IMG/VR virus record: IMGVR_UViG_2547132275_000009
Direction: 5' to 3' (one strand)
DNA: 10,281 nt
Source of the DNA: a virus
Lineage: Duplodnaviria; Heunggongvirae; Uroviricota; Caudoviricetes
Positions 6,720 through 10,281 of the stretch are shown here, piece after piece (position 1 is the stretch's first letter; each line of letters begins with the position of its first letter). The notes under the pieces were generated by a model, which had not been told where the DNA came from, searched no databases, and saw only the letters and a list, made by a program, of their open reading frames with translations. The position numbers and the translations under genes are program-made.

Positions 6720-9053
6720 ATGAAAATGAACGTAACAGAAACCGTAAAACAGGCGTGCGGCCACTGGCCGCGCATTCTCCCTGCGCTGGGTGTGAAGGTG
6801 ATTAAAAACCGCCATCAGTCCTGCCCGGTATGCGGCGGCTCCGACCGCTTTCGCTTTGATGATAAAGAGGGGCGCGGGACGTGGTTCTGCAATCAGTGCG
6901 GCGCGGGTGACGGGCTTAAGCTGGTAGAAAAAGTGTTTGGCGTGACCCCGTCAGAGGCCGCCGGGAAGGTGAATGCCGTGACCGGCAACCTGCCGCCGGT
7001 TGCCCCGGAAGTGATTGCGGTCGCAGAGGCTGAAACTGAGGCCGACCGCAAAGCGGCCGCCACGATGGCCGTAAAGCTCATGGAGAAAGCCCGCCCGGCC
7101 ACCGGCAACGCCTACCTCACCCGCAAGGGGTTCCCCGCTCTGGAATGTCTGACGCTCACCGTCATGCATAAAACCGGCGGCGTGACGTTCCGCGCCGGGG
7201 ATGTGGTTGTCCCGCTGTATGATGATACCGGTGCACTGGTTAACCTTCAGCTTATCAATGCTGACGGTCTCAAACGAACCCTGAAAGGGGGGCAGGTCAA
7301 AGGGACATGTCATGTCATCGAAGGGAAAAAACAGGCCGGAAAACGCCTGTGGATTGCAGAGGGGTATGCGACCGCACTCACCGTGCATCACCTGACCGGG
7401 GAAACCGTCATGGTGGCGCTGTCCTCCGTGAACCTCCTTTCTCTGGCGAGCCTTGCCCGTCAGAAATATCCGACCTGTCAGATTGTCCTCGCCGCCGACC
7501 GTGACCTTAACGGCGACGGCCAGAGTAAAGCCGCTGCGGCCGCAGATGCCTGTGAGGGCATTGTTGCCCTGCCGCCGGTGTTCGGTGACTGGAATGATGC
7601 GTTTATGCAGAAAGGTGAAGAAGCCACCCGGAAAGCCATTTATGACGCTATCCGGCCACCGGCGCAAAGTCCGTTCGACACCATGAGCGAGGCGGAATTC
7701 ACCGCCATGAGCGCCAGCGACAAGGCTTTGCGGGTGCATGAGCACTACAGCGAAGCGCTGGCGGTGGATGCTAACGGCCAGCTCCTGTCCCGCTATGAAA
7801 ACGGCATCTGGAAAAATATCCCTGCCGCCACTTTTTCACGGAATGTGGCTGATTTATTCCAGCGCTTACGCGCCCCGTTCTCGTCAGGGAAAATTGCCTC
7901 GGTGGTGGAGACCCTGAAACTGATTATTCCGCAGCAGGATACACCGGCGCGCCGTCTGATTGGCTTTCGCAATGGGGTACTCGATACCCAAAGTGGCCTG
8001 TTCAGCCCGCACAGTAAATCGCACTGGCTGCGTACGTTGTGCGACGTGGATTTCACCCCGCCGGTGGAAGGGGAAACGCTGGAGACGCACGCGCCGAACT
8101 TCTGGCGCTGGCTCGACCGTGCGGCCGGTAAAAGTCCACAAAAACGCGACGTGATTCTGGCTGCGCTGTTTATGGTGCTGGCGAACCGTTACGACTGGCA
8201 GCTCTTTCTCGAAGTCACCGGTCCCGGCGGGAGTGGCAAAAGTATTCTGGCTGAAATCGCGACCCTGCTTGCCGGGGAAGATAATGCCACGTCAGCCGAT
8301 ATCGACACACTGGAAGACCCGCGCAAACGTGCATCCCTGATTGGCTTCTCGCTAATCCGTCTGCCAGACCAGGAAAAATGGAGCGGCGACGGCGCAGGGC
8401 TTAAGGCCATCACCGGCGGCGATGCGGTCTCAGTTGACCCGAAATACCAGAACCCGTACTCAACACATATTCCGGCAGTGATTCTGGCCGTGAACAACAA
8501 CCCGATGCGCTTCACCGACCGCAGCGGCGGTGTGTCACGTCGCCGGGTGATTATTCACTTCCCGGAACAGATTGCCCCGGAGGAACGCGACCCGCAGCTC
8601 AGGGATAAAATTGCGCGCGAGCTGGCCGTCATTGTGCGCCAGCTTATGCAGAAATTCAGCGACCCGATGACCGCCCGCGCACTGCTCCAGTCGCAGCAGA
8701 ATTCCGATGAGGCGCTCAACATCAAGCGCGATGCAGACCCGACATTTGATTTTTGCGGCTATCTGGAAATGCTTCCGCAGACCAACGGGATGTTTATGGG
8801 GAATGCCAGCATCATCCCGCGTAATTATCGTAAATATCTCTATCACGCGTATCTGGCCTATATGGAGGCTAACGGCTACAGGAACGTGCTCAGCCTGAAA
8901 ATGTTCGGGCTGGGGCTGCCCATGATGCTGAAAGAGTACGGCCTGAATTATGAGAAGCGGCACACCAAGCAGGGGATACAAACCAATCTGTCGCTGAAAG
9001 AGGAAAGTTACGGCGACTGGCTGCCAAAATGCGACGACCCCACTGCGACATAA
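6720..9053 (+). CDS. alpha: Alpha protein: bifunctional primase-helicase with origin-binding C-terminus (P4 alpha-like)
   Basis: 777 aa from ATG 6720 (SD GGGAG 9 nt upstream; track ORF begins at an upstream in-frame ATG at 6669). N-terminal Zn-binding CPVCGG...CNQCG, Toprim motifs LWIAEGYATAL and LAADRDLNGDG, helicase Walker A VTGPGGSGKSILAE. Followed by its cognate iterons. Confidence 0.9.
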   Translation: MKMNVTETVKQACGHWPRILPALGVKVIKNRHQSCPVCGGSDRFRFDDKEGRGTWFCNQCGAGDGLKLVEKVFGVTPSEAAGKVNAVTGNLPPVAPEVIAVAEAETEADRKAAATMAVKLMEKARPATGNAYLTRKGFPALECLTLTVMHKTGGVTFRAGDVVVPLYDDTGALVNLQLINADGLKRTLKGGQVKGTCHVIEGKKQAGKRLWIAEGYATALTVHHLTGETVMVALSSVNLLSLASLARQKYPTCQIVLAADRDLNGDGQSKAAAAADACEGIVALPPVFGDWNDAFMQKGEEATRKAIYDAIRPPAQSPFDTMSEAEFTAMSASDKALRVHEHYSEALAVDANGQLLSRYENGIWKNIPAATFSRNVADLFQRLRAPFSSGKIASVVETLKLIIPQQDTPARRLIGFRNGVLDTQSGLFSPHSKSHWLRTLCDVDFTPPVEGETLETHAPNFWRWLDRAAGKSPQKRDVILAALFMVLANRYDWQLFLEVTGPGGSGKSILAEIATLLAGEDNATSADIDTLEDPRKRASLIGFSLIRLPDQEKWSGDGAGLKAITGGDAVSVDPKYQNPYSTHIPAVILAVNNNPMRFTDRSGGVSRRRVIIHFPEQIAPEERDPQLRDKIARELAVIVRQLMQKFSDPMTARALLQSQQNSDEALNIKRDADPTFDFCGYLEMLPQTNGMFMGNASIIPRNYRKYLYHAYLAYMEANGYRNVLSLKMFGLGLPMMLKEYGLNYEKRHTKQGIQTNLSLKEESYGDWLPKCDDPTAT

Positions 9054-9061
9054 CCAACCTC

Positions 9062-9090
9062 AGACCGGCAACAGCCGGTCTTTTTCTTTC
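9062..9090 (+). terminator. Rho-independent terminator after alpha
   Basis: AGACCGGC-AACA-GCCGGTCT hairpin (8-bp stem) followed by TTTTTCTTTC, starting 9 nt after the alpha stop codon. Confidence 0.7.
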
Positions 9091-9104
9091 TGACCATTAT
9101 CACA

Positions 9105-9400
9105 GGGTGAACAATCCACTGTTCACCCTTCACCGTATATTCACCCTGTATCACCATGAAATTATTGATAAAAAACCAGAGGTGAACAGTGTGAACAGTA
9201 AAACCTGAAAAAACTTTTTATCCCTCCACCACATCGCCTGACCGGGCGCATCCAGAGCGAGAAAAAATCACAAAGGTGAAGAGTCGACTGTTCACTCTTC
9301 ACCAACTCATCACCATTTATCTTTATGATTTAAAATAGAAAATAAGCATGGTGAACAGTGTGAACAGTTAAATGCAAAAAAACTTTTTTTGAGTATGATG
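9105..9400. repeat. crr-like cis replication region: two ~120-bp direct repeats each containing TGTTCACC/GGTGAACA iterons
   Basis: Repeat 1 about 9105-9230, repeat 2 about 9273-9400. GGTGAACA at 9106, 9181, 9350; TGTTCACC at 9120; degenerate copies at 9190, 9289, 9359. Near-identical tail GGTGAACAGTGTGAACAGT(A/T)AA..AAAAAACTTTTT at 9181-9228 and 9350-9399. Confidence 0.65.
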
Positions 9401-9446
9401 TAGCTCTCCATACTTTATGGAAAGATCCAAGTTAGCTGAAAGCCTC

Positions 9447-9465
9447 ACCAAGACAGCACGTTAAT
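9447..9465. promoter_or_regulatory. Perfect 7-bp inverted repeat CACGTTA-ATTCG-TAACGTG, operator-like, 30 bp upstream of the 166-aa ORF
   Basis: Exact palindromic arms with 5-bp spacer located between the crr-like repeats and the ORF start; a second inverted repeat (GAGTATG ... CATACT) lies at 9401-9425. Confidence 0.25.
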
Positions 9466-9494
9466 TCGTAACGTGTTAAGCAAAAGGGAATTTT

Positions 9495-9995
9495 ATGGGG
9501 ACTACTTTGCTTCAAGAAAACCATGAAAAAATTTTAAACATACTAAATGAAGCTAAAGATGTGGCGCTAAGGTATTACAAATTAACCAATAAGCCTCTCG
9601 GAATCACTGGAGAAATAGCTGAACATGAAGCTGCAACTCTTCTCGGGTTGTCACTATGTTCAGCACGTCAGTCCGGATACGATGCGACTGAGATTTTGGA
9701 CGGGAAAGAATATAGAGTTCAAATCAAAGGTCGATATATGCCTGATCCTAAAAAAGTCTCTGCGAGAATTGGTGCTATTGATATATCTAAGCCATTTGAT
9801 TCTGTTCTTTTAGTTTTGCTTGATGAAAATTATGATGCTTTTGCCATGTATGAAGCATCACGAGATGTAGTAGTCGCAGCTCTTCAAGCTCCGGGGTCAA
9901 AGTCTAGAAATGAGCGAAATCAGCTAGGCATAGCAAAATTCAAGTCCATTAGCCGTCTCCGCTGGAGCAAGGTTGTTGAACCTGAGATCCTTTAA
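9495..9995 (+). CDS. Hypothetical protein (166 aa) in an AT-rich islet; function unassigned, possibly a PD-(D/E)xK-like fold
   Basis: Clean ORF with a GGGA-type SD 6 nt upstream, no competing ORF, composition clearly more AT-rich than the satellite core. Motif string EIAEHEAATLLG ... GYDATEILDGKEYRVQIKGR is compatible with a nuclease core (E ... D ... Q/E-x-K) but this is only pattern-level inference. Confidence 0.6.
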   Translation: MGTTLLQENHEKILNILNEAKDVALRYYKLTNKPLGITGEIAEHEAATLLGLSLCSARQSGYDATEILDGKEYRVQIKGRYMPDPKKVSARIGAIDISKPFDSVLLVLLDENYDAFAMYEASRDVVVAALQAPGSKSRNERNQLGIAKFKSISRLRWSKVVEPEIL

Positions 9996-10219
9996 TTGGT
10001 ACACGTTTAGGTACACACCTGAAAGTTGAATACGGAAAAATTCTTTATATTTAACGTGTTGATTAATTTATTCAGACTCCGCCAGCCCACCAATCATGAT
10101 TGGACGGTGTAAGGACAACACCAACAAAAACAGGAAGTTAGAAGTCTCAGCAAGACACCGACCAGACGGTGAGGAGACATAAAAGGATACGCAAAGGAGC
10201 CGCGGCTCCTGGTGATATG

Positions 10220-10246
10220 AAAGCCCACAGATGTGGGCTTTTTCGT
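10220..10246 (+). terminator. Rho-independent terminator (GCCCAC-AGAT-GTGGGC + TTTTT)
   Basis: 6-bp GC stem with 4-nt loop followed by TTTTTCG on the plus strand; preceded by AAA so it could function weakly on both strands. Confidence 0.5.
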
Positions 10247-10281
10247 TGATGGTCAGAACGACCAGTTCACACCAGCCACCG

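Larger units (their letters stand above)
1..9400. mobile_element. P4-like phage satellite, partial (cargo hotspot, cos, psu-delta-sid, regulatory region, alpha primase, crr); integrase end presumably beyond window start
   Basis: Co-linear set of P4 hallmark genes (psu, ogr/delta, sid, AlpA/Vis-like, alpha primase-helicase), P2/186-type cos site, TGTTCACC iterons in two clusters about 4.2 kb apart as for P4 ori/crr. Right boundary not determined. Confidence 0.8.

Noticed and set aside
6951-7745. 264-aa minus-strand ORF, and other antisense ORFs (6893-7108, 7793-8056, 7884-8141, 8189-8515, 8535-8981), inside the alpha gene
   Set aside because: Lie entirely antisense within a strongly supported long coding region of high GC content, where spurious open frames are expected; no SD signals, and the proteins are low-complexity Gly/Arg/Pro-rich.
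4969-9400. Possibility that the TGTTCACC/GGTGAACA repeat clusters are a CRISPR array
   Set aside because: Repeats are only 8 bp, irregularly spaced and in both orientations with no unique spacers of uniform length; they match replication iterons instead.
10217-10249. 10-codon mini-ORF ATGAAAGCCCACAGATGTGGGCTTTTTCGTTGA as a leader peptide
   Set aside because: Its body is the terminator hairpin itself and there is no properly spaced SD; more likely coincidental.
9400-10281. Search for a tRNA gene or att core at the right end
   Set aside because: No tRNA-like T-arm/acceptor sequence (GGTTCGA..CC..CCA or its complement) is visible, and without the other end of the element an att direct repeat cannot be identified; left open.

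Overview
The window reads as most of a P4-like phage satellite (P4 family phage-inducible element) with an AT-rich cargo at its left end. Leftward-transcribed sid-delta-psu late operon (4800 to 3232) ends about 190 bp from a cos-like site (3040-3058) that is 18/19 identical to the phage 186 cohesive end as I recall it. Left of cos, on the minus strand, is a two-gene module that looks like a Gabija-type anti-phage system: a 591-aa OLD-family ATPase+Toprim protein (GajA-like, 1147-2922) overlapping by 4 bp with a UvrD-like SF1 helicase (GajB-like, 1-1150, runs off the window). To the right of the divergent promoter region are an AlpA/Vis-family HTH gene, a candidate P4 CI-RNA-type immunity leader (seqA/seqB/seqC), three small translationally coupled ORFs and the alpha primase-helicase (6720-9053). 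Alpha is followed by a terminator and two ~120-bp crr-like repeats built from TGTTCACC iterons; a second iteron cluster (4969-5071) sits about 4.2 kb away in the sid/alpA intergenic region. Beyond crr lies a second AT-rich islet with an unassigned 166-aa ORF (9495-9995). No integrase, tRNA or att site is visible in the window. All calls are from reading the sequence and remembered family motifs; no database search was run.
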